DNA of 64,000 bases from Oculina patagonica (lineage: Eukaryota), in assembly GCF_052425735.1 (NCBI RefSeq), contig NC_135761.1, forward strand, positions 38,812,001 to 38,876,000, written 5' to 3'. Numbering within the stretch: position 1 is the first letter of the stretch; every line of letters starts with the position of its first letter. Positions 47,983-61,503 of this stretch are shown here, one piece after another. The notes under the pieces are model-generated. The model saw only the letters and a program-made list of their open reading frames with translations. It did not search any database and was not told the origin of the DNA. A program made the translations under genes and the position numbers.

Positions 47983-50900
47983 TCTGGGGACTATAAGTTT
48001 CTTGCCTTTATCTTTTGGACTGGTTCAGTGATAAACAAGCATAAAGTGGCATTATTGTACCTTTGTGTGTAAGGGAATGGATTCGATCCACTGTATGTAA
48101 AAAAAAACCTGGTATACCCAGTTCACCCCAATTTCTAATTCTACCAAAAACTACCTTCAAACACGCCACCCCAAACCAAACTCCACCGACTCTACTCCAG
48201 AACCTTAAGTGATTCACTTTTGATCATGTGCCATGATTCGCGAGTCATGTGAGCATGTGCAAGTGACTCGCAAGATGCGTGTTACCCACCAAATATCTGC
48301 ATAAGTTACACTTGACAAGACTGTACTAGCCTGTGTAATAAGCACCTGTGTAAGTCTTAGCGCATATTAAAAAGGGCATTTGATAAGTTGATGGCCATGC
48401 GCTTTTCTTTCTTTTTTGCACCCTTTGCATTTCCAACCCGAAACTACATGACTACAGGCGAGCTAAAAACTACTGTTCTGAGTGTAGACAACGGCGATAA
48501 CTCTTTTTTAGATTTAGCTTTCCCACAAAAGATTTAAGAGCTACTGTATTTCAGTGTACTACACTATGGGAAAAATTAAAACACTCACAGCTTGACAAAT
48601 CAAGGCCAGGGTGCAAGCAAATAGATACAGCATAAAAATGTTCAAATATGAAAAGGTAACTCATCAGATACAGCACTTGAAACAGCCATCTGGAGATCAT
48701 ATAAACAGAACATGGCTGTTGACTTGTGCACAGAATATTATCGTAATTCTCTTGCTATCTATGTCCGTTTGCATATTGACAACATTTTAAGAACAGCCTG
48801 AAGAAGATCAGTGAAACTTCAGCTGTTAGTTATATACAGCATCAAAGTGAAGAGTATTGACTTTCCATAAAAACTGAATGATCTCTTTTTCTTAACGGCA
48901 GGTGCATCAAACCTTCCATCATTGTCCACATGCACATCTACACCATGCATACCTAAAGCATCACTGACCGCATCTGCCATAACAGTTCCTGGTAATTAAC
49001 CTGACATAAAATATTAGGCAGAAGAAGCGGCAGGCATCTACAGAGGATAAAGTTTACAACAAAAATGTTATTTGCCTCTCTCCTGTGGAAGATATTTGTA
49101 AACCAATTCCCATACCACGAGGAGAAAAACGCGCTCAGCTAACAGAAGCTGGCCTAACTGAAAAAATAGCGCTGCATTCCACATGGAATGAAAATGAAGT
49201 ACGGCGTGAGGTCACCAGTCTCTTTGCCCCATCATTCTTGCTGCAACACGACAACCTACTCCCGTACGAGTATCTAAAATACGATTGCTATCTCTCAGGA
49301 TGCATTTTTTGTGGTAAGAAAAAAAATTATGCCACTTTTCCTCTTTGCAGCACTCCCCGAACATCATCATCATTCAAGTGGAACGCCTCAGAGGTTGCTT
49401 CCCTGGTGTCACAAGGGTCGTTATACATAATGGCAAAAATGGCACCCAGTCAGAGGTGTTGGAAAAAGTTCTAGTAAAAGCTCTAGTACAAAATCAGCCA
49501 AACACAAAAACTTAGGCAGAATCTTGAAGCTCCAAAGTTTGTTTACTCATATATGTATATTTTCCATTTCTCCACGACCATCACATTTTGCAGCTTTTAT
49601 TTTACCTACATAGAATCTCAAAACCAAACTTACTTGTCTTATAGATTCACACAAACAAAATTGACAATGGCAGTATGAAAAGTATCTGTTTACAATTCTC
49701 AGTGTACCCAAAAGCTGTTGACTGACAAGAGCCTATTTCTCAAAAGTACTGCCAACTTCCCAGCACATAGTTATCATATTATTTCCTGTATTTCTGATGT
49801 ATGCTGACACACAAAATGCAAGGCTCAAAAATTGCATTGGTCAAACTATTTAACAAGATGTCATACACCACTGATTTACCAGGCACTGGTAAATATGTAC
49901 AGTCTTTTTTCACTGCCCACGTCATTACCAGCTCATAAAAACCTTTTTTTGTTTTATTTATAGAACACGAAACAGATTCAATTTTTGCTGTACAATTGTA
50001 TTCTACCTAAATGTAGACTAATAATAAGAAAATACGAAGAAAAAGTTCTAACTCTAAATCAAGTCACATGTAATGAGCACAAATTCCCACTGCTACAGAA
50101 GTTTAATTTTTTTCTTACACTCGTCAGGTTAATTTAAGGTAATATGAAATTTTTGAAAAAGAAAGTAGTTTTGAACAGCAAGAAATAGCTACAGTATCTA
50201 CGTCTAAAGAAGAAACAAAAAGAAAAAGAAATGGTGGAAAAAGAAAAAGAAGAAAAGAGGAAAGAAGGTGTTAAAAGTGATAAGGTATAGTAAAGGATGG
50301 AGAGAAGAGAATAAATAATAAAATTAAGAGGAGAAATGGAAAAAAGAGGTGAGAAGAAGAAGGTGTGTAAGTGATAATGTAGTTATAAAGTCAAAGATAT
50401 AGAGATAGAATAATAGTTTAGGATAGATGTAGTAAGATGGTTTTAAAAAAGGTACATTTTACTATAACTGCCAAAATAAGTAATTTATGGGGGGAAAAGG
50501 GAGAAGAAAAAGCAGAGGAGAGGAACACGACCAATGAACACTAGCCTCAACAAGGAAGTTGTATCACAGCTAAAAGGGAAACAGGGCAGCTATAAGGAGG
50601 ATGGTGGATTGAGGAAAAGCACAATACCGAGATGGAATAGTTGTAAAATGATGAGGAAAGCAGAGAAGCAAGGGCTATCTGTTTCCTTTTGTGTAAGAAT
50701 GGCAGCTCAACGCCTCGCAAAATGATCCATGTTTAGGAGTTTCGTGTATGTGGACGCATTACTACGTGCAGCCATGATCAAGAAGCTGATCGTAGCTGGA
50801 GAAAGGTCAAGTTTACAAGGAAAATACAGTAGCAGAAATGAAAGCAAAATAATTTGAAAGATTTTTCACAGTAAGTAACGTACTACTTCACGTAGCTCAT

Positions 50901-51918
50901 AGAGTTAAGTTAAATATAAATGTTGTCGATTATTCCAGTTATCAAGCTACGAATAAAAAGGGCTTTTTAGAAGAAAATAGTTTAGTGACTCTAGAATGAT
51001 GGTACCAGAGAAGTCAGTGTATTGATTAAGCTTATAAAGATGAGAGTGTTATTTTTTAGCGTAATGGATTCGTTCTTTCTTTCATCTGCAGCACATGAAT
51101 TGCAGCATCAAATACGCAAGGCCACACAATGGCTGTTGTGTTGCACGAATGCCTAGTGGGGATAATCTTATGCAACACTTTGCAGGATCTGCTATGAAGT
51201 TCTTCTTCCATTTTTAGGCATCACCAGGACATATGTTGAAAATGGTGGCCCTTTTTCAGTTTTTTTTAAATGTTTTTGCGTTTTTCCGAGGTTTAAGAAT
51301 CTATAAATGACGTTTCAATCAGTTTTACTGATCTTCTTAAGGCTGTTCTTAAAGTGTTGTAGACAGGAGATCATTTTTCATGTTCGTCTGCCATATTGAC
51401 AACATTTTAAGAACAGCCTGAAGAAGATCAGTGAAACTTCAGCTTTAGTTATATACAGCATAAAGTGAAAATATACTTTTTATAAAAACTAATGATCTCT
51501 TTTTCTTAAAGGCAGGTGCATTAAACCTTTCATCATGACCACATCTGCAACATCACAGACCACATTAGCCATAACAAATCCTTTAATTAATTTCCAACCA
51601 AAATGTTGGTAATGACAAAAACCTTGGTATAATGTTAAATATGAAGTGACTCTTTAATATCATTTTTGATCACTTTGTTTTAATCCATTAAGGAGGGTTT
51701 TGAAACAGCTGAGAGTTGGCTTAAAAGGCATAAAAATGTTGCAAAACATAGCCCAGAGTACTGTATTGCTCTACTCATAAACAGGTTAAAAAGCAATATA
51801 TTTGCCAAATATGATAAGGTAGTTTTGATATAGTGTGACTGAACCACAATAATAATTAGAACTTATGGTAATCAGTTTTTTAGTCCCGAAATTGAGCACA
51901 AATCCATCATCATCATCA
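47983..51918 (+). repeat. Tandem copy of 51919-58245, riddled with small deletions (probable assembly artefact)
   Basis: Near-identical to 51919-53500 at first, then progressive single-base deletions. ~2.8 kb (54000-56800) is collapsed into ~0.5 kb of AG-rich sequence. Confidence 0.8.
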
Positions 51919-52946
51919 TCTGGGGACTATAAGTTTCTTGCCTTTTTTTGACTGGTTAGTGATAAAAAATAAGTGGCATTATTGTACCTTTGTGTGTAAG
52001 GGAATGGATTCGATCCACTGTATGTAAAAAAAAAACCTGGTATACCCAGTTCACCCCAATTTCTAATTCTACCAAAAACTACCTTCAAACACCCCACCCC
52101 AAACCAAACTCCACCGACTCTACTCCAGAACCTTAAGCGATTCACTTTTGATCATGTGCCATGATTCGCGAGTCAGTGAATTGCAAGTGACTCGCAAGAT
52201 GCGTGTTACCCACCAAATATCTGCATAAGTTACACTTGACAAGACTGTACTAGCCTGTGTAATAAGCACCTGTGTAGGTCTTAGCGCATATTAAAAAGGG
52301 CATTTGATAAGTTGATGGCCATGCGCTTTTCTTTCTTTTTTGCACCCTTTGCATTTCCAACCCGAAATTACATGACTACAGGCGAGCTAAAAACAACTGT
52401 TCTGAGTGTGGACAATGGCGATAACTCTTTTTTAGATTTAGCTTTCCCATAAAAGATTTAAGAGCTACTGTATTTCAGTGTACTACACGATGGGAAAAAT
52501 TAAAACACTCACAGCTTGACAAATCAAGGCCAGGGTGCAAGCAAATAGATACAGCATAAAAATGTTCAAATATGAAAAGGTAACTCATCAGATACAGCAC
52601 TTGAAACAGTCATCTGAAGTTCATATAAACAGAACATGGCTGTTGACTTGTGCACAGAATATTATCGTAATTCTCTTGCTATCTATGTCCGTTTGGGGCC
52701 ATATTGACAACATTTTAAGAACAGCCTGAAGAAGATCAGTGAAACTTCAGCTGTTAGTTATATACAGCATCAAAGTGAAGAGTATTGACTTTCCATGAAA
52801 AACTGAATGATCTCTTTTTCTTAACGGCAGGTGCATCAAACCTTCCATTATTGTCCACATGCACATCTACACCATGCATACCTAAAGCATCACTGACCGC
52901 ATCTGCCATAACAGTTCCTGGTAATTAACCTGACATAAAATATTAG

Positions 52947-53403
52947 GCAGAAGAAGCGGCAGGCATCTACAGAGGATAAAGTTTACAACAAAAATGTTAT
53001 TTGCCTCTCTCCTGTGGAAGATATTTGTAAACCAATTCCCATACCACGAGGAGAAAAACGCGCTCAGCTAACACAAGCTGGCCTAACTTAAAAAATAGCG
53101 CTGCATTCCACATGGAACGAAAATGAAGTACGGCGTGAGGTCACCAGTCTCTTTGCCCCATCATTCTTGCTGCAACACGACAACCTACTCCCGTACGAGT
53201 ATCTAAAATACGACTGCTATCTCTCAGGATGCATTTTTTGTGGTAAGAAAAAAAATTATGCCACTTTTCCTCTTTGCAGCACTCCCCGAACATCATCATC
53301 ATTCAAGTGGAACGCCTCAGAGGTTGCTTCCCTGGTGTCACAAGGGTCGTTATACATAATGGCAAAAATGGCACCCAGTCAGAGGTGTTGGAAAAAGTTC
53401 TAG
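52947..53403 (+). pseudogene. Exon-like relic resembling the N-terminal domain of G2E3-like HECT proteins (copy at 49017-49474)
   Basis: KVYNKNVICL..IPIPRGEKRAQL..AGL..KIAL.STW...EV..EV.SLF..F.W.ASEVASL.SQGSLYIMA. No HECT domain is visible. Confidence 0.45.
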
Positions 53404-55859
53404 TAAAAGCTCTAGTACAAAATCAGCCAAACACAAAAACTTAGGCAGAATCTTGAAGCTCCAAAGTTTGTTTACTCATATATGTATATTTTCCATTTCT
53501 CCACTGACCATGCACATTTTGCAGCTTTTATTTTACCTACATAGAATCTCAAAACCAAACTTACTTGTCTTATAGATTCACACAAACAAAATTTGACAAT
53601 GGCAGTATGAAAAGTATCTGTTTACAATTCTCAGTGTACCCAAAAGCTGTTGACTGACAAGAGCCTATTTCTCAAAAGTACTGCCAACTTCCCAGCTACA
53701 TAGTTATCATGATTATTTCCTGTATTTCTGATGTATGCTGACACACAAAATTGCAAGGCTCAAAAATTGCATTGGTCAAACTATTGTAACAAGATGTCAT
53801 ACACCACTGATTTACCAGGCACTGGTAAATATGTACAGTCTTTTTTTCACTGCCCACGTCATTACCAGCTCATTAAAAACCTTTTTTTGTTTTATTTATA
53901 GAACACGAAACAGATTCCAATTTTTGCTGTTACAATGTGGCATGTTCTACCTTAAATGTAGACTTTATTCATAATTAAGAAATATACGAATGAAAGTTCA
54001 AGCAGATATTTCCCAAATATCGTTAGTCTTAACTCCTAAATCAAGCCACATGTATCACAACTGAGCACTTAAGTCATGTCCCAACTGCGTAATACATTCA
54101 AAGCAAAGTGTTAATGTTTTCGATATCTTTTAACACTCGTCAGGTTTACAATGTCTTTAAGTGTAAGTATGAATATTGTTTTGGAAATAAGAAAGTAGGT
54201 GTGTCCTTGAACAGCCAAGAAATAGCTAATTTCAGTATGTCTACGTTCTAACAGAAGAAATCAAAACACGAAGAAGAGAACATGGTTGTGTGTGAAAATA
54301 GAAAAAGAAGAAAAGAGGAAAAGGTAATCAACATGAATAATATCAGGGTAATCATCGCATTTAATTAAAAGTGCTTGCAATTAAAGGTGATTAGTTTTTA
54401 ACAAGAGGAATAACACCTGGAGCAAGAAACGAGATATGTTACAATATTATTTGTAAAGGTTAAGTTATTGATATATTATATTTCAGTGTCACGGGAACAG
54501 ATTCTACCATTTGGAATGTTTAAACCTGAATGAGGTGCCAGAAGAAGATCCATGGTAAGTGTGAAACTTAATTGACGATAGCTGACCTAATGTAGTTACA
54601 ATATTACAAGCCACATTTTTAATGTTCTATTCAATAGCAAACAAGTTCTAATGTAGTACTTTTGAATACAGAAAACTAATAATAATAGAAGCACCACGTT
54701 ATGCACAGCCACATACCACTTAGGAATGAGGTCATGAAAGGAAAAGTCATTGATCTCAAACAACTTTTTAATTAGCTGTTGGCATCATTGGTGAAAGATT
54801 ATGCTTTAAATCATGGAGGGGTTTGGGTTGAATAGTGAAGCTTACAATTTTCCGTCTTTTTCAGAGAATTGTTTGGTAGAATTCTTTTCAACGTTTGTAA
54901 TGAGTTTGACTTCAGCAGAATAATATCAGACAAGTGATCTGTCACCAATTATGTAAGTCAAGAACATGAAGTAATTCTAAAATCTAAACGTCTCTTGTAC
55001 CTTGCAGGTTCTGTCATCCCTGTACGGCAAGACTGGGGAGCAGTGTTAACCAGAAAGTAAAGCGGGGAATGAAATAACTGTTTGACCAGTACAAACAAAC
55101 TTTTTGTTTTCAATTCATAGTTGAAATTTGAATTATGTCAAGGGCAGTGAATTCTTGAAGATTTATGTGAGACTATCTTAAATGTACACTGTAATGCCAA
55201 TTGTCAATTTTTTCAATTTAAAGCCCATTTTTGGCAGAGAGACTTGAATAAACAAGAAATAATGTGCAAAAGAACACAGTTAGTCTTTGGACCATAGTTA
55301 AACAATACACTCTTATAAAATCCAGCAAGCATTCTCTATGTACTTTATCTACAGAACACAATGCAATGACTAGCCCACCTAAAAAGAAGTGATGCTATTT
55401 CCCTTAAGTTCAATCAAGCAATATTTGACACTTGGCTACAAAAAATATCACTTTAACAGTGGACATCCTTTTCTCAAGGCAGCTTTGTTTATGATTAAAC
55501 TTCACTTTAGACTATTAAGCTTAACAACAACCTCGAAACTTTGTTAATGATCCCACAAAACCTAATGAAATAGACAGTAGATTCTCATTGATAAATCGTT
55601 ATGGACAACAGATAAAAGAGACTATCCAAAGTGTAACCCACAAAGACCATGTTAGGGTTTGCTATGGCAGCTGCATGCAGAAAAATGTCTGAACTGTACA
55701 CATTTATATAGTACTCCATCTGCTGGTTGCAGTTTTATCTCAAATGCCGCACTTTCTGGACTCAGGTTTGAACAGATACAAGGGTTGATGCATTTGTTAC
55801 ATGAAGGGAAAATTCACAACCTGTTTGCACCAGTCAGTACCGCAGCTCACCAAGGTTTA

Positions 55860-56345
55860 AAAGAGAGACTGCATACGGATTTCATTGACATGGCTCCAGA
55901 AAAAAAAAGCAATGTTTATGACCAAAAACAGGGCCATTATCAATACATCTCGGTCATCAAAGACTGCTTTTCGAAGTATTGCTGCCTCTTTCAACTAATA
56001 CTAAATCGGCAAATGAAATTCATTCCATTCTGCACAATTTTTTTTACTTTGATGATGGCGCCCCAAAATATTAACAGACGGACAACGGCACAGAATATAT
56101 CGCTGAAGTCATCAAAAACCTATGCGAGTCACTGGGCATTATTGTAATACATGGTAGACCATACCACCAGAAAAGTCAAGGGCAAGTAGAAAATCTCAAT
56201 AAACGTGTAAAGAAGAGCATTTCGAAGCTTGCTTGCCACAGACCAGCTGACGAACAGGCTTAACTGTGGCCAAATACTCTTCCTCTGGTTGCGAGAAAAA
56301 TTAACACCACATGCCACCACACAATTCAAGATGTCCCCTTTAGGG
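55860..56345 (+). pseudogene. Frameshifted retroviral-type integrase core (Ginger/KRBA2-like)
   Basis: ERLHTDFIDM..YQYISVIKDCFSKY..KSANEI..GAPKIL..DNGTEY..IHGRPYHQKSQGQVENLNKRVK. Confidence 0.85.
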
Positions 56346-56990
56346 TTCTCTTAAAGGTCGCTTGTTGGGATATTTTTAACATCCAAATGATCAAGACTTT
56401 TGTGAGGATCAGGCTGGTAAGTTAGTGGATGACGAAGTATTATCGGAGTCAGACAATCCAGCCGAAACCCAGACAGGTTTTGAAACACTTGTTGATGACT
56501 GTGAATACGAAGAAGGCACAACCGTTTCACCAGAACCGGAGCAAAAATTTGCAGACTGCCTGAATATGATTTCCAGAATTTTTACATGCTTACTGTCTTC
56601 CCATAATAGTTTTAGGATTAGATACCATGGTCAAGCATGGCTTTTTCTCTTAAAAAAGGTTACATTTTACCTATAATCTTTACTTAACTGCAACACACAT
56701 AAGCTTACATTGTATTTGATTTATGGCTTCAGGGTTTGGACAAATGGAATGCCGTACTGGAGAAGAACAAAATTCTGATGCAGAGCCAGCAGAGGAACAC
56801 ACTTGAACCCCACCATGCAACACTAGCCTCAACAAGGAAGTTGCTATTACACAGCTACAAAGGGAAACAGGGCAGCTTATAAGGAGGATGGCTGGACTTG
56901 AGGAAAAGCACAATACCGAGATGGACATAGTTGTAAAATGACTGAGGAAAGCAGAAGAAGCAAGGGCTATCTGTTTCCTTTTGTGTAAGA

Positions 56991-57165
56991 ATGGCAGCTC
57001 AACGCCTCGCAAAATGATCCATGTTTAGGAGTTTTGTGTATGTGGACGCATTACTACGTGCAGCCATGATCAAGAAGCTGATCGTAGCTGGAGGAAGGTC
57101 GAGTTTACAAGGAAAACTACAGTAGCAGAAATGAAAGCAAAACTAATTTGAAAGATTTTTCACAG
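56991..57165 (+). pseudogene. Degenerate paralog of the exon at 62290-62496 (also at 50699-50870)
   Basis: TGTAAGAATGGCAGCTC start context shared with 62290; MAAQRLAK*SMFRSFVYVDALL; ends at a GTGAGT donor. Confidence 0.65.
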
Positions 57166-58529
57166 TGAGTAACGTACTACTTTCAGCGTTTAGCTCATTT
57201 AGAGCGTATATATAAGCTTAAATATTAGAATTAACTCGTGCTGGTCGACTTTAGTTATCTCAGTGTATCAAGCTACTCAATAAAAAGGGCTTTTTAGAAG
57301 AAAATTAGTTTAGTGACTCTTTAGAATCGATCGTACCAGAGAAGTCAGTGTATTGATTAAGCTTATAAAGATGAGAGTGTTATGTTTTTTTAGTGTAATG
57401 GATTCGTTCTTTCTTTCATCTGCAGCACATGAATTGCAGCATCAAATACGCAAGGCCACACAATGGCTGTTGTGTTGCATGAATGCCCTAGTGGGGATAA
57501 TCTTATGCAACACTTTGCAGGATCTGCTAAGAAGTTCTTCTTCCATTTTTAGGCATCACCAGGACATATGTTGAAAATGGTGGCCCTTTTCCAGTTTTTT
57601 TTTAAATGTTTTTGCGATTTTCCGAGGTTTAAGAATCTATAAATGACGTTTCAATCAGTTTTACTGATCTTCTTAAGGCTGTTCTTAAAGTGTTGTAGAC
57701 AGGCAGATCATTTTTCATGTTCGTCTGCCATATTGACAACATTTTAAGAACAGCCTGAAGAAGATCAGTGAAACTTCAGCTGTTAGTATTACAGATCAGT
57801 GAAGAATATTGACTTTTTTATGAAAAACTGAATGATCTCTTTTTCTTAAAGGCAGGTGCATTAAACCTTTCATCATTGACCACATCTGCAACATCACAGA
57901 CCACATTAGCCATAACAGATCCTTGTAATTAATTTCCAACCAAACATGTTGGTAATGACAAAAACCTTGGTATATTGTTAAATATGAAGTGACTCCTGTG
58001 AATATCAGTATATTTGATCACTGATGTTTTAAGTCCAATTGAAGAGGCTTTTGGAACAGCTGAGAGTTGGCTTAAAAGGCATAGAAATGTTGCAAAACAT
58101 AGCCCAGAGTACTGTATTGCAATATATTTGCAAAATATGATAAGGTAGTTTTGATATGGTGCTGACTGAACCACAATTAATAATTAGAACTTATGGTAAT
58201 CAGTTTGTTTAGTCCTGGAATTGAGCACAAATCCATCATCATCATTTATTTTATTGTTCATGTCGGATAGCACGCTATCAAATCACTTTTAATTAATTAA
58301 TCTGACCACTTTTTACTTTAGCTGTGAGACCAAAGAAAGCAAGGGATGCTTTAGTTAATTGCCACACACATAAGCTTTCATTGTATTTTATTTATGGCAT
58401 CAGGGTTTGGACAAATGGAATTCCATACTGGAGAAGAACAAAATTTGAAATAAAATCAAACTGTTTGAATAGTTACCGCAGAAACACTGTTTTGGAACTA
58501 GATGAATAAAATGGAACAATGACAATTTG

Positions 58530-58800
58530 GGCAATCAACAAGAACTGAATCCTACATTGGACTGGCGACAAACTTTAAGAAACGTTACAGAAATCATCAG
58601 ACTTCCTTTCAACACTCAAAGAGAAGAAATGAAACAGATCTGTCAAAACATGTTTGGAATTTGCAAGACACCAACAAACTGTTTCAAATAAAATGGAAAG
58701 TTCTTAAGAGATGTAAACCCTATAGCAACATTAACAAAAAAGAGTTGTGTAGCCTTAAAAGACGAAACGAATTGGCGAGTTTATGCCCCCACAGAAACCG
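58530..58800 (+). mobile_element. Penelope-like (Naiad-type) GIY-YIG endonuclease fragment with internal deletion
   Basis: SYIGLATNFKKRYRNHQTSF..NETDLSKHVWNL..IKWKVL....PYSN..L.RRNELAS.CPH. Confidence 0.85.
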
Positions 58801-58845
58801 TTTGGCGGTTTTCTTTCCCAATTCTTTTTCTTTTGATAATTTTGC

Positions 58846-60369
58846 AAAGGGAATTAACTGCTGTTTGCTCTTTTTAAAAGATTGTACCTCAAAAGTTTTG
58901 CTAAGTGATTTTTCTGGGCAAACTGCCGCCATGGATGCCTCTTGTTGGCTTTACAAGGCGTTTGTTGTAAGCTACCAATGCCACAGAACGTTTAAAAGGT
59001 ATGTAGTTTCTTTCTGATTCTTTAACTTAAAATAGATTTCAACTCACTTAATCTGAATATTGTATTGTTAGGTATCTGGAAGTTTGTACTAGATACCCTG
59101 ACCTTCGAAATCATGCCAGTGTTAGTGTTTGATGGTTGTCCATTGCCAGCGAAACACGATGGAAATGAGCATCATAGAAGGTGAGAAATGTATGCATACA
59201 TGTAAGCTCGTATTATTTCTTTATTTGACTCACTTCAAGCTCCATGTTAAGAATACGTGTTCAGCTTTAAGCGTTTTCTTTTGGTTTTTGCTTGAAATAA
59301 GCTTAGTTCTACTGAGCCGTGTTTTGTGCTTTTTATACACGTTGTTTGATGTTATAACTCTGTTGATTTCTTTGTTGATTTTTTTGGCTGGTTCCACTCA
59401 ATAGGACTAGAGAGGAGAAAGTAAAGTAAAAGGGCAAAATGATGAAGCAGTACGGGTGATGACTCAGTCCGCTCAAATAACGTTCGAAGTTATTAAGGGT
59501 TTGATAAAGGTGACAATAACAATGTGGTTTACTTAAGCTAAGTGTTGTTCCAATGCTGTAATTTAGTTGTTATCTGTGAACTACATCTTTATAGCTGCTG
59601 CCGGCCAATCGTTTTTAACTAATGGATTTTTTGCTTGTTTTTTGTTTGCAGAGAGAGGGGTATAGAGTACACTTTTTCACGATATGAGGCTGATGCACAG
59701 ATTACTCATCTGCTGAAACATCGACTGGCTGCTTTTGGTGTTTCTGAGGATTCTGATTTGCTGGCTTATGGTTGTCTTAAGGAGGGTATAAACTAAGGTT
59801 AAAATTTCATGGAATGCAATTTTATGGGACAATGTTGTAGATTTATTTTCTGTGTAAAAGATTTATCTTTTAAACTACACCTCCCATCAGGGACAGTGGA
59901 GCATTTCCACATTATTTGGGTCCATGGTGTGGGGGGAGGGAGTGACTATTGGTTTTTTATTGACTCTTCTTACTAAGAGTCTCTTCTCTTTGTAAGTCCT
60001 TTATTTTTTCATTTTTTTTTACTCTGCCACCCCTGCATATATCAGCATAAGTGCCTACCGCCATCGGCTTTTCATTGTAGCATGTTAAACTTAAATAATT
60101 TTTCTTTTAACTACCGGTAGGTGTTGTTCAAGTTAAAATCAACTGGGGATGCAGATTTAGTTGAAATTTGTCAAGTACTGGAACATCTGCAGATGACGCA
60201 AGATACCTTTATGCACATGTGCATTGCCGCTGGTTGTGACCACCTAAAAACATCAAAGGCATTGGTATCAAGAGGGCGAAGGATATTGTATCAAAGAGTG
60301 GTTTTGAAGAAAGGTTGGCCAGCGTTGAAAATGCACCTCCAGATTACATCGAAAAGTTTGTCCAAGTAG
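58846..60369 (+). pseudogene. EXO1: Intron-containing EXO1-like (XPG/Rad2 family) 5' nuclease pseudogene, nuclease domain only
   Basis: Exons ~58846-58998 (GI..LL.FLK..DFSGQTAAMDASCWLYKA), 59072-59180 (PVLVFDGCPLPAK), 59405-59509, 59652-59785 (YEADAQI..SEDSDLLAYGC) and 60121-60369 (MCIAAGCD..GIGIKRA, H3TH). Start codon lost; frameshifts present. Confidence 0.85.
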
Positions 60370-61370
60370 AGGGAAAAAAGTTACAAAATTTAATTGTTAA
60401 CTCAGAAAGGCAGATGGAGTGGTCTGATCAGAGAATACCCTGCCAACACCCGCCTTTTTAATGTCACGATAAGGAAGGAAACATGTTAAATTAAGTGCAA
60501 GAACAAAATGTCAGTGAAACAAGCAGAGAAAGTATGCCTTGACAAGGTGTGACTGACAAATGTCAGGGTAGTGTTTCCTCTAGAAGAAACAATTGGCAAT
60601 AGGATGTACCTGACTATGTCTGCAAAGTGTTTAAAGAAATGAACACCAACAACACTGAGATTGATCCTTCAAGCTACAGAGATACAAGATTTTGATATGG
60701 TTTATTAAGGGGTTTGATAAGACAAAAAATACAATGCCTGAAAAAGGTCAATACACACTTAAACAAATTTATCACTGACAGAACATACAAAGATTTTTTA
60801 AGATTTACAGTTAGTATGGTTAATACAGTTCATTCAAGTGGCTGTTAAACGAGAACTTATTACTAACATCTGAATTTGGTGAATTGCACGCGAGCATAGG
60901 TTCTTATGATCCAGTTTGTACACCAAATGTGGTGAAAATCTCAGCTGTTATTTGACTCCAAAGTAAAGTTTGACTTTGTAACTACAACTCTGCAAACCGG
61001 CCACAAATTTAAAAAGTACAGTCTTAACACAGAATTATGTATTTTACTCCCCCCACAACGCGGACCCTCCACCATGGGATTCCTTTTTTTTCTAACGCGA
61101 ATCCATAAACCTTAATCTAAACTTAAATTTAAACCAAAAAGCAATTTTTTGCCCCCTTACCTTAAATTTTCCCCTTAGAGATAGTTTACACTACTCTCAG
61201 CTTAAACCAACCAAGAAAATCCTTTCCCTACCCTCTAACCTAAAGCCTTTCCCCAACCTTAAACCTGTAATATAACATAAAACTGTTTATAGGTTTTCAC
61301 ATACAAGCTAAACCTTAATGATGTTTTAAAATATATTCTTATTAAATGTTTTGTTATAACTACTATTTTA

Positions 61371-61503
61371 NNNNNNNNNNNNNNNNNNNNNNNNNNNNNN
61401 NNNNNNNNNNNNNNNNNNNNNNNNNNNNNNNNNNNNNNNNNNNNNNNNNNNNNNNNNNNNNNNNNNNNNNNNNNNNNNNNNNNNNNNNNNNNNNNNNNNN
61501 NNN
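61371..61503. other. Assembly gap (N run)
   Basis: N bases. Confidence 0.95.

Larger units (their letters stand above)
45645..48188 (+). repeat. Segmental duplication copy 2 of 40100-41467
   Basis: Colinear match on both sides of the LINE insertion. Confidence 0.9.
51919..58245 (+). repeat. Full-length unit of the tandem duplication
   Basis: Both units start TCTGGGGACTATAAG and end in (CAT)n. Confidence 0.8.

Noticed and set aside
50040-50520. Purine-rich low-complexity region or Lys/Glu-rich exon
   Set aside because: It aligns patchily to 54000-56800 as a collapsed copy and is most likely an assembly artefact.
61040-61370. Telomere-like (CCCTAA-type) repeats next to the gap
   Set aside because: Only scattered imperfect motifs in G-poor contig-end sequence; there is no tandem TTAGGG array.
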